A DNA stretch of 64,000 bases from Octopus sinensis (Eukaryota). The first letter of the stretch is position 1; each line of letters opens with the position of its first letter. The notes beneath the pieces were generated by a model. The model did not search any database, had not been told where the DNA came from, and was given only the letters and a program-made list of their open reading frames with translations. The position numbers and the translations under genes were made by a program. This document shows positions 1 to 11,544 of this stretch, piece by piece. The stretch is from the NCBI RefSeq assembly GCF_006345805.1, contig NC_042998.1, positions 69,254,001 to 69,318,000 of the forward strand, in the 5' to 3' direction.

Positions 1-702
1 AAAATTAAAAGTTATAATTAAAAATTAACAATTAAAAAGATTAGTGTAGCTAGCGTACTTGAAAGATAATGTTGAGGGAATAGGTATTAATAAACGGAGG
101 AAATTCATGTCTATTTATCAGGTGGTGTATGTGGTTGGCTAGGGAAGTGGACTCGCTGTGTTCATCATATCCAAAAGAATTCAGATGCGAGGAATATCTC
201 TGCTTAAAATTTATTTTAGATCCAGTGCATTAGGAATATCTCTGATTAAAATTAATTGAAGATCCAGTGCAATGGGCTCGCAGCGGGAATTCGGCCCTAG
301 ATCGGCAGTTGCAGTTGAATTTATCTGGCCTACATGGGTTAGATATGGGTTGGAATGATGCTGTGCTATTTATGGGCAAGTTACAGTCTAGAGTAGTATT
401 CGGAAGTTGGCTCATATTAGTATCGTTGATACGCATATCGACCGTGTCCATAGGGTGGGGGTTAGGGGTTGATGTTACAGGTTCTACTGAGATTCGAGGG
501 ATGGTGGCACTCGAGTGGCTACTTTCAGGAGCTCCTCTACCGCGGTGGGTGTCTAAGGCGAGGTTATTATCAATACTATTATTATTAATATTATTTTTAT
601 TCTTATTGTTGCTATCAATATTATTATTATTATTACTATTATTAGATTTATTATTAACATTATTTCTGTTCTTATTACTGCCATTATTACCGTTATTACA
701 TA

Positions 703-905
703 AGGCGGCGAACTGGCAGAATTGTTAGCACGCCGGACGAAATGCTTAGCGGTATTTCGTCTGCCGCTACGTTCTGAGTTCAAATGCTGCTGAGATTGAC
801 TTTGCCTTTCAGTCGATAAATTAAGTACCAGCGAAACACTGGGGTCGATGTTATCGACTAGTCCCCTTCCCCCAAATTTCAGGCCTTGTGCCTATAGTAG
901 AAAGG

Positions 906-945
<40 letters not shown>
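703..945 (+). mobile_element. tRNA-derived SINE family B, tail type 2, ending in (ATT)n
   Basis: Head AGGCGGCGAACTGGCAGAATTGTTAGCACGCC, B-box-like GAGTTCAAAT, tail GGCCTTGTGCCTATAGTAGAAAGG+(ATT)n; about 20 homologues in the window. Confidence 0.85.
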
Positions 946-946
<1 letters not shown>

Positions 947-1087
947 TGCCTTTGCACAGCTTCTAGCTGTTGACTGCCAGTAACCTAAGGTAACACCCCT
1001 CATTTTTTGAGCACCTTTCGGAGTATTCGAGTGGTTTCAAGCAGTGCTGTTTTCTGCAAGTGCTCCACCCTTATTGCAACCCCTATT

Positions 1088-1088
<1 letters not shown>
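946..1088 (-). mobile_element. 3' terminal fragment of an R4/Dong-type non-LTR retrotransposon abutting (TAA)n
   Basis: Translates IGVAIRVEHLQKTALLETTRILRKVL*, resembling the QKxxLLGTxxILRxVL C-terminus of R4-clade REL elements. Its 3' end runs directly into (TAA)n. Confidence 0.6.
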
Positions 1089-1127
<39 letters not shown>

Positions 1128-1378
1128 TATTTCTTTCTTTCTTCTTATTTATTATTACTATTATTATTAGTAGTGGTGGTGGTGGTGGTGGTGGTAGTAG
1201 TAGTAGTGGTGACATTCACCTCGGCCGTACTTCGACCATCATTGGAAGTGAAGATATCCGTATCCTGGTTTATACTAGACATAGAGCTAGGGTTACAGGC
1301 GTGGTATATGCTATCATGATCGGTGTTAGTATTATCGCTACACTGACCTACATTATATATTTATATTTATATATTTAT

Positions 1379-1697
1379 ATAGGCGCAGGAGTGGCTATAG
1401 GCGCAGGAGTGGCTATAGGCGCAGGAGTGGGTATAGGCACAGGAGTGGCTGTGTGGTAAGTAGCTTGCTAACCAACAACATGGTTCCGGGTTCAGTCCCA
1501 CTGCGTGGCATCTTGGGCAAGTGTCTTCTGCTATAGCCCCGGGCCGGCCAATGCCTTGTGAGTGGATTTGGTAGACAGAAACTGAAAGAAGCCTGTCGTA
1601 TATATGTATATATATATATATATATGTGTATGTGTGTGTGTGTTTGTCCCCGATGCTGGTGTGTTTATGTCCCCGTAACTTAGCGGTTCGGCAAAAA
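1379..1697 (+). mobile_element. tRNA-derived SINE family A (CORE-like ACCTTGGGCAAGT body), 3' truncated, with a quadruplicated 18-bp head
   Basis: ATAGGCGCAGGAGTGGCT x4 (1379-1450), then A/B-box-like head, TTGGGCAAGT body and internal (TA)n(TG)n. Confidence 0.85.
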
Positions 1698-2426
1698 AGA
1701 CTACTGCTTGTAGGTGTTATTTAGGTAGTATGAATGAAGATTTTGCTTATTAGATGAGACAACAATAGATTCTATCTATATTGGGCGGTGAGGAGTACGA
1801 TAACTTTATAGTAAATCTGTTTAAGATCGAATGGTATTTATGGTGGCGTGGAAAGCTAGAGTCTACAATGGCAACGGAGGTTTTAGTTAAGCCATTAACG
1901 TTTAAAGCGAATGGGGGTGTAATAAAGGGGGAGAATAATCGATATTTTCTGTTTGAGGAGATCCTAGGGACTCAGTATTATTTATCAGTTTGAGTCTCGT
2001 TCGAGTGTTATACGGGTGAGTGCAAGGTGGGCGTAGGCGCCCTAGTAGAGGTTCCTTTAGGTTTCTAGCCGTGGGGTTTTGTGCGTCTACTCTAAATGGA
2101 AGTGTTTGTATGCCCGGTGGTGGGGTGTGCCCTTCTACCCCCAGGGTTGAGTTGAGAGATGTATTTTTAAGCTTTGTATTTGCAATGAATTTATTTTGCT
2201 AGGAGAAGCCGCTAGCTGCTAGCGCCTGATTATAGTATGTAGTCTGGCTATTGAAAAGTTCCTCCGTGGCGGAGAGATCCGATATTCGGATAGATATGCC
2301 TTTGATTACCCTATCGAAGATAGATTTATGAGGATTAGAGTTTATGCTAATGAATATGAGGTATTGATTAGGTTTATGACAGAGGGAGTATAGCGAAGAT
2401 TTTAAATCTAAAATAACATCAAGAAA

Positions 2427-2846
2427 TTACGTTTATATATTTGTTGTGCAAGATTTTTTATGTGAAGTCGTGAAACAGATATTGTTGTATTTCGGAATGG
2501 TCATTTTGCCAGTTTAGCCAATAAAAACACACGCACTATATATTTGGTGTTACTTTGCTTCAGTGTTATTTATTTTTTACATTAATCTTAATCTTATTTC
2601 GGCCAGAGTTCTTTCTATTGTATAGAAATACAAAATGGTTGACGGTTAGTAAGGAGAGACCCAAATAAGAAAGAAGAAAGCAAAGGACCACTGATGCGGT
2701 CACAGGAGTGTGACGAAAGAACTCTGGCCGAAATAAGATTAAGATTAATGTAAAAAATAAATAACACTGAAGCAAAGTAACACCAAATATATAGTGCGTG
2801 TGTTTTTATTGGCTAAACTGGCAAAATGACCATTCCGAAATACAAC
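2427..2846. mobile_element. Short Penelope-type pLTR remnant with perfect 136-bp inverted arms, inserted into the FLDV codons of the older Penelope ORF
   Basis: Arms 2480-2615 and 2715-2850 are exact reverse complements. 15-bp TSD AATAACATCAAGAAA at 2412-2426 and 2847-2861. The host ORF resumes on both sides. Confidence 0.8.
2685..2729 (+). ncRNA. Minimal type I hammerhead-ribozyme-like motif (variant core)
   Basis: GGACCA-CUGAUGCG-GUCAC(AGGAGU)GUGAC-GAAA-GAACUC-UGGCC: perfect 5-bp stem II, stem I GGACCA/UGGCC with one bulge, predicted cleavage after CUC (2724). The core deviates from CUGANGA. Confidence 0.55.
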
Positions 2847-3075
2847 AATAACATCAAGAAAATTAGCTATTTTGTAGCTGTTCTCAAATGTGGTAGATAA
2901 TTAAAATTAGCATAGAACTTATGCAAATCTTTTCTAGTTTTCTCTAATGCAGGTTTTGATAGGCCGGTAGCAACCAGCAATGCATCATCTCTATACAAAT
3001 CCCTCTTAGCTACGACATAAATATGTGTGAGCGTATGTATGTATTAACAGTATTTTAGTTATTAATACATATGTA

Positions 3076-3999
3076 CAGGGTTGGCCAGAAGCCACCCGAC
3101 AATAAATCAAAATTCCATAAATACTATCTGCAATTTTGTATTGACTCAAATGGAAAAATGTGTTGCTCAAGAAGGACTTCAGTTTGAACAATTTTCATGA
3201 TGTTTCATATTTAAATGCTTTTATTAAATCCATTCAGTTGTTCAACATAAATAAATCTTGGAATTAAATGGTTTTGATTTAATGTCAGGCACTGGTGGCT
3301 CGTGTATAGGAACTGCGGAACTGTAGCGCTCCCTATTTCCACTCGATATTATCGATAACATTCAATATAATGAGTCCTTTTTTCTTTAGTTCTTTCTTTA
3401 TACTTGTACCTTATATAATCATTAAGCTTAATGTCAGCAGCCATCCTCTAGTTTATGAAAAAATACAAAAATCCTTGTTTACAACTGTGCGCTTCACAGT
3501 TCCAGAGACGCGGTGTTTGGCTATTGTGTGCATGCGCACATGTCCGAGATAGGAAGCTGCACGCTAGGGTGAGAAAACACTGTGGTTGACGCAGTGCCGA
3601 CCCTGGTGTGCCAGTGAAAGGTAGTGTTTCTTTTTGACTCCACGTGTGTTGTGCTTAAAAACGTGTTTATATTCTTGAATGTGATAGAGTGTACAATCAG
3701 ATTATTATCTTGCTGCCAGGATTTGAAAAATAAGGCAGATTTCCCCCACCCATTTTGTGATTGAGGGGGATTTTTTTTTTAAAAAGGGGGAATTCGCGGC
3801 GATGTTCAGTGAACAAATTAAACACACTACCCGGCAGTGGCTAAAACGTAAACCGATCAAGTTTATGTATAAATATTCTTTTTATATGTTTGTTTCCTTT
3901 TACACAATATTAAAACAACAGCTAAAAATTTTCTGAAGCGGCACCTCCACTAATTTTATCTACGAGCCGCCACTGCTGTCAGGTGACTTTTGGCCAAAC

Positions 4000-4001
<2 letters not shown>
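3076..4001. mobile_element. Tc1/mariner-type non-autonomous element interrupted in its right TIR by a hAT element
   Basis: TA|CAGGGTTGGCCAGAAGCCACCCGACA vs TGTCAGGTGACTTTTGGCCAAACCC (inverted). Internal MEKCVAQEGLQFEQF resembles a Tc1-type transposase C-terminus. Confidence 0.7.
3290..3975. mobile_element. Non-autonomous hAT element (686 bp)
   Basis: TIRs CACTGGTGGCTCGT / ACGAGCCGCCACTG; 8-bp TSD ATGTCAGG (3282-3289) / CTGTCAGG (3976-3983). Confidence 0.75.
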
Positions 4002-4041
<40 letters not shown>

Positions 4042-4590
4042 TGTTTTAACAAAGAATAATAAACTACGGTCTCTACCTAAGTATTTATTGCTTCTATATC
4101 TCAATGTTCCTCAATGAGATGAAGGGCAAATTTAGCTCTATCAGGATTAAAGCTCTAAATACAGAAGAACAAAACTAAAATACTTTTATTTGGCCAAATG
4201 ATACACCATTTCCATCCCTAAACCTCTTTTTTATGGATTTGACTTGGGCACAAAGAGAGTTTTTGTTGGGATTGTATAACCTAGTGAATTGATCCCTACC
4301 CTAACCTTAATATAAGGGATCTGGCAACAGACAAATAAAAGATAAAAACTGACCCTTTTTATAGTGTAAAACGCAGGGAGTCCATAAAGTATCTCAAACT
4401 GCTAGACATAGCAGTTAATTTCCCCTAAACCACACCCTACTTTCTTGAAATAAAGAATAACGACGCATTAGATGATTCACCACTCTGAGAAAAAGATGTG
4501 TTGGTCATGGCTGGAATACCCCTGATTATACGACTGCTCTTTCAGGTTGACCTGGGGCTTCACAAGAGCAATAAATATAAAAAATAATAA

Positions 4591-4754
4591 TTTCTTATAC
4601 AAGGCACAAGGCCAGGAATCTGAGAAAGAAGGATTGGTCGATTAAATCGACCCCAATACTTGACTGGTATCTGGTACTTTACTTTGTCGACCCTGAAAGG
4701 ACGAAAGGCAAAATTGACTTCGGAGGGACTTGAACTCAGAACGTTGAAAGTCGG
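4591..4754 (-). mobile_element. SINE B fragment (tail 2)
   Basis: Reverse complement of the B body GACCC.GAAAGGA.GAAAGGCAAA..GAACTCAGAACG. Confidence 0.7.
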
Positions 4755-5425
4755 GGTAAATATGAGGAATCTTTCCCAACGACAAATTTTTAAAAAATAC
4801 AGTTTTCTAGGGTAAAAATGGATGAAAAGCGCAATAAAAATTAGGGCAAACTAACCGTTTCAGAGATATTCGCATTTTTATGAGGGTTAAGGACGAAGGT
4901 AAAACGCCTGCACACCACCTAACCCTAACCCCAAAACTAAGCCTAAAACTAACCCTAACCCTAAAACTAACCCTAAATCTAACCCTAACCCTAACCCTAA
5001 CCAGTGTGAACGTGCTTTACCTTCGGCCAACGTTCTACGGTAAAATAAACGTGTATATTAGAAAAAGTTACAAAAAATAGAGCAAGCCTACCGTTTCAGG
5101 TACATCCCCATTTTTAAGAGGGTTCCGGATACAGTTTACTGCTCTCCGTAAGAAAGCGATGGAGACGTTCAGCATGATTCGGAATAGACTTAATGAACAG
5201 AAACCTCGCCATATACTGCTTGAGATATTTACACCTCTTCCCAGGTCTCCGAACAATTTCCTTCACAAATTGTACTTGGAACCCTCCTAAAATGCGAATA
5301 TCTCTGAAACGGTTACTTTGCCCTATTTTTAAAATACGTTTTTCTTTATCTAAACGTCCATTCGACCCAAGAAAACTGTTTTTTAAAAAAAAATTTGTCG
5401 TTGGCAAAGATTCTTCATATTTACC
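4755..5425. mobile_element. MITE with ~135-bp imperfect TIRs carrying a degenerate (CCCTAA)n tract
   Basis: GGTAAATATGAGGAATCTTTCCCAACGACAAATTT... is mirrored by ...AAATTTGTCGTTGGCAAAGATTCTTCATATTTACC. Telomere-like repeats at ~4918-5002. No clear TSD. Confidence 0.7.
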
Positions 5426-5449
5426 AGAGTTGGAACCATCTAATATTGG

Positions 5450-5630
5450 TTTCAGATTTTTGCACAAGGCCAGCAGTTTCAAAGGAGAGGGTAAGCTGAT
5501 TACATCGACCCCAGTGCCCAACTGGGACGTATTTTATCGATCCCGAAAGGATGAAAGGCTAAGTTGATCTCGACGGAATTTGAACTCAGAACGTAAAGAC
5601 GGACGAAATGCCGCTAAGCATTTTGACTGA
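5450..5630 (-). mobile_element. SINE B (tail 2)
   Basis: Reverse-complement match to the B body and tail. Confidence 0.75.
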
Positions 5631-5835
5631 CATGAGAGCCGGAACTAATATTACAAGGGACTTATTTTCTTCGACGCTCCACCGTTTCTGTTAACAGGGC
5701 TGACTACGTGATCGAGCTACCTACAAGAAACAGCAACCAAATCAGTCACATCTTTCTCAAATCATACCTTACCTTCACATAGTTCTGCTCAGTCAGGAAT
5801 GACCTGCGTTTAAACAGAAACAGCACCAGCAACAG

Positions 5836-6010
5836 TGGAAGCGCAATGGCCCAGTGGTTAGGGCAGCGGACTCGCGGTCGTAAGAACGCGGTTTCGATTC
5901 TCAGACCGAACATTGTGAGTGTTTATTGAGCAAAAACACCTAAGCTCCACGAGGCTCCGGCGGGGTGTGGTGGTGAACCCCGCAGAACTCTTTCACACCA
6001 ATTTTCTTTC
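5836..6010 (+). mobile_element. SINE family C (tRNA-Arg-like head), 3' truncated
   Basis: TGGCCCAGTGG A-box, GGACTCGCGG anticodon-arm-like segment, GGTTTCGATTC B-box; homologous to 56612-56995. Confidence 0.75.
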
Positions 6011-7504
6011 ACTCTTTCATCCTACTTCTGCCACAATGCAGAGGAATCATGGTGTAACCCACTATGGTGTGGTAAAATTTCAGACCTTAGTCTAGATTGC
6101 GATTCCTCTGTACCCCAAGATAGTTCAACTCTCCACCAGTTAAAAACCACCGTTTACGGAATGAGGATAACAACGTAGCTTTCGCGCCCGGGTAACCGCC
6201 AGTCTATCGCGTGTGGTGGGTGGATCTTCAAGTTGCCACACGCATTCTTAATATCCTAGAGTAGGCTCAAATTAGAGATTATTCTTCGTGGCTAATGGCG
6301 TGAGTCCTGATTGGAAGAAGAATCAACAACGACGACGACGATCACGATGACAATAACGACAACGTCGACGAGGTTGTCGGATAGCGATGAGGTCGTTGGA
6401 AAGCGACGAGGCTCGATTCTGTAATGTAATTTGTACTTTATAGTTACTTCAAAGCCATTTTTTTTCACTATACACAAAGCGCTGTTACTTTTGATGGTGA
6501 GGTTTCGAGCTGGTAGAGTCGTTAGAGTATCAGACAAAAAACAAAACAAAAACAAAACAACAACAACAATACTTTCCAATATTTGTTCTGGGTTTTTACA
6601 TTCTGAGTTCAAATCCCACTGAGATCGTCCTTGCCTTTCATCTTCTCGGGGTCGATAAGACAATGCATCAATGAATTATTAAGATCGATATAACCAACTA
6701 ACCTCCTCCTGTTAAAATTGCTGGTCTTCTGCCAAAATTTGTAACCATTATTACACAAGAATTAAGTTAAAGTGGGGAGGGTTAAATCAAGACCCTTTTC
6801 AGGGCTCTGAGACTGGTGAGAGGAAGAGAGAAAGCTATCCTGAAATCTGACCCTTGCAATAGGGGAATGATGACTCCACTGAAAAATCGGGTGATAGATT
6901 AAGCCTATCGTTAGGACCGGCCCCTCCGCTGCATTTCCATACATTTTCACTCAGAAAGCATTGGTCGACTCGAGATCACAGTACTAAGGTGTTTGGGTGT
7001 GAGTTCGAACTGGAAACCACATGCATGTGAAATGAATTTCTTAACTACACAACCATCCATACAGGCAACGTAGGTTGATGTAAGGGTATCAGAGGTTTGT
7101 GCAATTCTTAGAGGACATTTGAACTAGATTAACCGGAAATTGAAACCGTATCGCAGCCTTGGCTTAGAAACTTTTTGTTGTTATATGGCAGATGCTGCCT
7201 TCAAACACGAAATGATTGTTTCCAATTTAGGACGAAGACAAAACCAGCAATTTTATGGGCAGTGGTCAGTCGATCACATTGATCCTAGCACTTGACTGGC
7301 ATTTTAATTTAACAGCTTCGAAACGATGGAAAAAAAAATCAAAGTTGACCTCGGCGGGATTTGAACTCAGAATGTAAAGAATCATAGCTAAATCCCTCTA
7401 GATATTTTGTCCAACGTTCTTTTAATTTTGCTCATCCATCACCCCTTATTTGATATATAAGACACACTTCGTTTCACTACACACACAAAATGCTTCCAAA
7501 AAGT

Positions 7505-7772
7505 CACCGAGGATCTATGCCGGGACTCCGTCGTTTACGATGATCAGTGTTCCAAGTTCATCCGATCAGCGGAACAGCCTGCTCGTGAAATTAACGTGCG
7601 AGTGACCAAGCATACCACAAACACGCGTACCTTTAACGTCGTCCTCAGGGAGTTCAGCGTGACACAGAATGTGACAAAGCCGGCCTTTTGAATTACAAGT
7701 ACAATTCATTTTTACAAACTGCGTGGACTGGGGCAACTTGGAATAAAGTGTCTTATCCAAGGACACAACAGG
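7505..7772 (-). mobile_element. SINE C/D shared body and tail
   Basis: Reverse complement of ...GTTAATTTCACGAGCAGGCTGTTCCG...; same as the tail of 56612-56995. Confidence 0.75.
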
Positions 7773-8456
7773 CCCTATATGCGAAGTTGGCTCTCCCCAA
7801 AACTTTAATGCACTAAAAGCATTTTTCTCGAATACATGATAAGGAAACTGGGGCGATTCTAATATGCCATTGTGTCTTTTATGCCATCAAATACGGTACA
7901 TAAAATTAGCAATTAAGTAAAGAGTGTTTAATGCTTAAAATTTCTGACATTTTAGGCGCATAAGAACGTAGAATATCATGCTCTTGTATACTTTTGGCTT
8001 CCATGCTTTCCCCCACAAAGGACCATTAAGTGGTTTTGTAGAAGTGAATAAGAACCAACGAGTAACTGAAACCCTGTGTCCCACTAAGTAATTTGGTGCA
8101 AAGGAAATGTAAACTTACAGAGAAATGGGGAAGGTAATAATAGGGGGGTGATGGTGGTGTTGTTGTTTGTGGTGATGGTTGTAATGGTGGTGGTGGTAGT
8201 ACTGGTGAAGCGGGTGTTATCTTTTATCGTTTACTTGTTTCAGTTATTAGACTGCGAACATGCTGGAACACCGCCTGGAAGAATTTGAGTCGAACGAATC
8301 TATTCCGGCATTTTTCTTCTCAAGCCTGGTTTTTTATTCTATCGGTCACTTTCGCCGAATCACCAAGTCCCAGAGATGTCAACACATCAACACCGATTAT
8401 AAAGTGGTGATGGGGGGAGGGGGGACAAAGGCACGCACACATACACATTTATATGT

Positions 8457-8620
8457 AGGCGCAGGAGTGGATGTGTAGTAAGAAGCTTGCTTCCCAACCA
8501 CATGTTTCCGAGTTCAGTCCCACTGGGAGACACCTTGGGCAAGTGTTTTCTATTAAAGCCTCGGGCCGACCAAGGCCTTGTGGGTAGGTTTGGCAGATGG
8601 AAACTGAAAGAATCCCGTCG

Positions 8621-8653
<33 letters not shown>

Positions 8654-8830
8654 TTGTCGCCCACCATCGCTTGACAATCGATGTTGGTGTATTTACGTCC
8701 CCGTAACTTAGTAGTTCGGCAAAACAGTCCGATAGAATAAATACCAAGCTTAAAAGAAAAAAAAAGTTATGAGGTCGATCATTCGACTAAAATTCTTCAA
8801 GGCGGTCTTATAAGTGAAACAAGATATATA
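8457..8830 (+). mobile_element. SINE A, near full length
   Basis: GGCGCAGGAGTGG head, CORE-like body, internal microsatellite, 3' GGCGGT..GAAACAAG. Confidence 0.85.
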
Positions 8831-9389
8831 TATATATATATATATGACGGGCTTCTTTCAGTTTCCGTCAACCAAATCCTCTCACAAGGCTTTTGGTGGG
8901 TCCGAGGTTATAGTAGAAGACATTTGCCTAGGGTACTACACGGTGGAATTGAACCTAGTATCATGTTGTTAGGACGCAAACTTTTTACCACACGGCAAAC
9001 GTCTGCGCCATTTCTGTCAAATAAATTCAACTGAACTTTTGTTTTTTGTAGGAGAAGGCTTTATCATATTATGCTGATATAAACATTGATTAGAACTTAC
9101 ATTTATTACATTCAAAATTTTAGTCGGGTTTTAAGTAAGAACGCCCACTTACGGAAAAAGAAAAAAAAGCAGGCGTGGAATATATGAATAAAAAATATAC
9201 TGAATAAATAAATAAAAATATTTAAATAGATAAATACGTAAAAAATGAAGTAACACAACTTATTAAAGAGAGTTTAGAACATTAGCACATGCTACGTTAG
9301 CAGAATATAATTTGATACAAATTATTTTTTAATACGGATGTGCTCTGTTAGGTAAAGGTTTATTAATCAATAATACAAACAGACGGGTT

Positions 9390-9770
9390 AGATAGATAGA
9401 CAGACAGGCAGATAGATAGATAGATAAACACACAGATAGATTAAAAGCTAACTAGCAAAATTGAGCTAAGTAGCTAGATAGAGAAAAACATTGAATGATA
9501 GATAGGCAGATAGACAGACAAACATATTGATAGATAGATAGATAGATATAGATAGACAGATAGGTAGATAGATAGATATAGATAGATAGATAGGTAGATA
9601 GACAGATAGGTAGTTAGTAAGATAGATAGACAGATAAACAGATAGATAAATAGACAGATAGATAGATAGTGAGGTTGAGACAGATAAGTAGACAGACAGA
9701 TTGATAGCTAACTAGAGACAAATAGTGAATGATAGATAGATAGATAGACAAAGATATAGGAAGATAGATT
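9390..9770 (+). repeat. Degenerate (GATA)n/(GACA)n microsatellite
   Basis: Visible tetranucleotide array. Confidence 0.9.
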
Positions 9771-9849
9771 CGTCTACTTGTAGCTGTATATTTTCCTATC
9801 TATTTATGTATGCATTCTCCACCACTACTGTTTATGTTTGTTTGCTGTA

Positions 9850-10000
9850 AACCACACGCCGCTCTCTCGGAGGCCAATAATGCAAGCGCGCGAACACTTC
9901 TCTCTCGCTCGCTCTCTCTCTCACAACACATCAACTGAACAACGAAACCCGTATTTCCTTACCCTCGCCACAGTCACTGTCGTGGAGTAATATAGTGTAT
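9850..10000 (+). promoter_or_regulatory. Possible promoter / 5' UTR start of the PP1-regulator gene
   Basis: Non-repeat, locally CpG-rich patch with CCAAT at 9874-9878 and a (CT)n tract, ~1.2 kb upstream of the ATG. No transcript evidence. Confidence 0.3.
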
Positions 10001-11021
10001 GTGTAGAAGGATATTCGTTAACCAGTCTTTTAAAAGATTGGTTTCTCATTCTCTTTCGTAATCTCTTATTATTCAGTCGAAACCTTAACGCAAACCAATC
10101 GACACTGCAGTTGCTACAGCCAGCTCCATGAAGCTCTTTTTTTCCACTCTCGTAATTCATTTTCTATGTCATTTATTTATTTAATTATTTATTCGTATAT
10201 TTCATTTTGTCCTTAAATTATAATTAAACTACTACTATTACTACTACTTGCTGCTGCTGCTGCCGTGGTCATCGTTGTCACCAGAATCGGAGAAAAAACC
10301 ATAACATTGGATTTCCCATTGTTTTGATTCATACGAAGAGAAATCATAAGCCCTCCCACTCTTTCTTTCTCTGTGCCTCTACATATATTATTTATACATA
10401 AACACACGTACATATACGCACGCACACATTAATACACACACATAACGCATACACCTACATTCTCATACATACATACATACATACATACATACATACATAC
10501 ATTCATACATACACCTTCATTTTAAAAGAAAACGAAAAAGAGAAAGAAGGAAACAAAGAGAAAGACAGAGAACGAGAGAGAGAGACAGAAGGAATATATT
10601 GAAAAAAGTAATCAGAAAGGGGGGGGAAAAAAGTCAATCGTTTTTATTTAATTTTTCCTTTCAAAGATTTAAAAAAAAAACTGAGGAAATCCACGTAAAT
10701 AAAAGAAAAAACCGACAACAACAAAAGGCGCACACTTGTCAGCTAGATTTGAAGATTAACTTCGGGTTATAATTATTGTTGTTCTTACTGTCGCTGTTGT
10801 TATTGTTGTTGTTGATTCTACGTGAATTCTTTCCTTCGTTGATACTTTTCTTTTTCGTTTCTTCTTCTTTTTCCCCTCCGTTTTCCTCTTTGTCTTTTTC
10901 GTTACTTACCCCTCTTTCTCAGCATCTTCCCCCCTCTCTGTTTCCTCCCCCTAATTCCTCCCCCCCCGTCTTTCTTCTCACTTTCTAAACACAAAAGAAC
11001 TGTTTTTAACGCCAAAAGGTT

Positions 11022-11064
<43 letters not shown>

Positions 11065-11139
11065 CCCCTCGAAAACCTACGCAAGCAAAAACAACACAAA
11101 ACAAAAATCCCCCAAAAGGAGAGAGTGAAATAAGAGACA

Positions 11140-11311
11140 ATGAGCCGCCGTGCTAGTTTCTTTAATAAGCAAAACCCTGGTAAACCCAGGGTAAGATTTG
11201 CCGACGAATTAGTGTTTAATGATAATGTCAAAGAACAGGACATACCGGCGATGGAAGCAATGTTAAGGAGATCGAGTTTACAGATGGATATTAACAGTAT
11301 CAACAGTGCAG
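11140..11311 (+). CDS. PPP1R27-like: First coding exon of an ankyrin-repeat PP1 regulatory subunit (PPP1R27/DYSFIP1- or MYPT-like); ends at a phase-1 splice donor
   Basis: ATG at 11140. MSRRASFFNKQNPGKPRVRFADELVFNDNVKEQDIPAMEAMLRRSSLQMDINSINSAG has an RVxF motif (RVRF) followed by the xFxDxVxxxD...DINxxNxxG pattern of the first ankyrin repeat in the PPP1R27/PPP1R12/PPP1R16 families. Exon ends GCAG|GTAAGA at 11311/11312; the ORF then degrades into simple repeats. Confidence 0.8.
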
Positions 11312-11544
11312 GTAAGAAACAACTTGGTTATTATTATTATTATTATTATTGTTATTTTTGTTATTTTCTCTTTCTCTCTTCGTTTGTTAGGAACCGCTTC
11401 TCTTTGGTAAATAAATAAATACAGAGGGACGGATCAATGAGACGTGAAAGAGTGCAAAGAGAACGCGAGGACGTACTGCTGTGTGTTGAGTGCTGTTGTG
11501 CATTATGTGTTGTGACGTGTGTGTGTGTGTGTATGTATAATGTA

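Larger units (their letters stand above)
60..3015 (-). mobile_element. Decayed Penelope-like retroelement ORF (RT C-terminal half, linker, GIY-YIG endonuclease), fragmented by later insertions
   Basis: Minus-strand translation gives DLYRDDAL (YRDD at 2984-2995), ..KIANFLDVILDL..HKPNQYLIFISINSNPHKSIFDRVIKGISIRISDLSATEELFNSQTTYYNQALAASGF, ..PPFALNV..DSSFPRHHKYHSILNRFTIKLSYSSPPNI, then CNCRSRAEFPL and FKQRYSSHLNSF..STSLANHIH. These follow the order of PLE RT/EN motifs, with stops and frameshifts. Confidence 0.85.

Noticed and set aside
4918-5002. (CCCTAA)n as a true telomere or chromosome-fusion site
   Set aside because: Short, degenerate and enclosed by the TIRs of a MITE.
11312-11418. Continuation of the 92-aa ORF (KKQLGYYYYYYY...)
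   Set aside because: Lies past a canonical donor and is (TAT)n/pyrimidine low-complexity sequence, so it is intronic.
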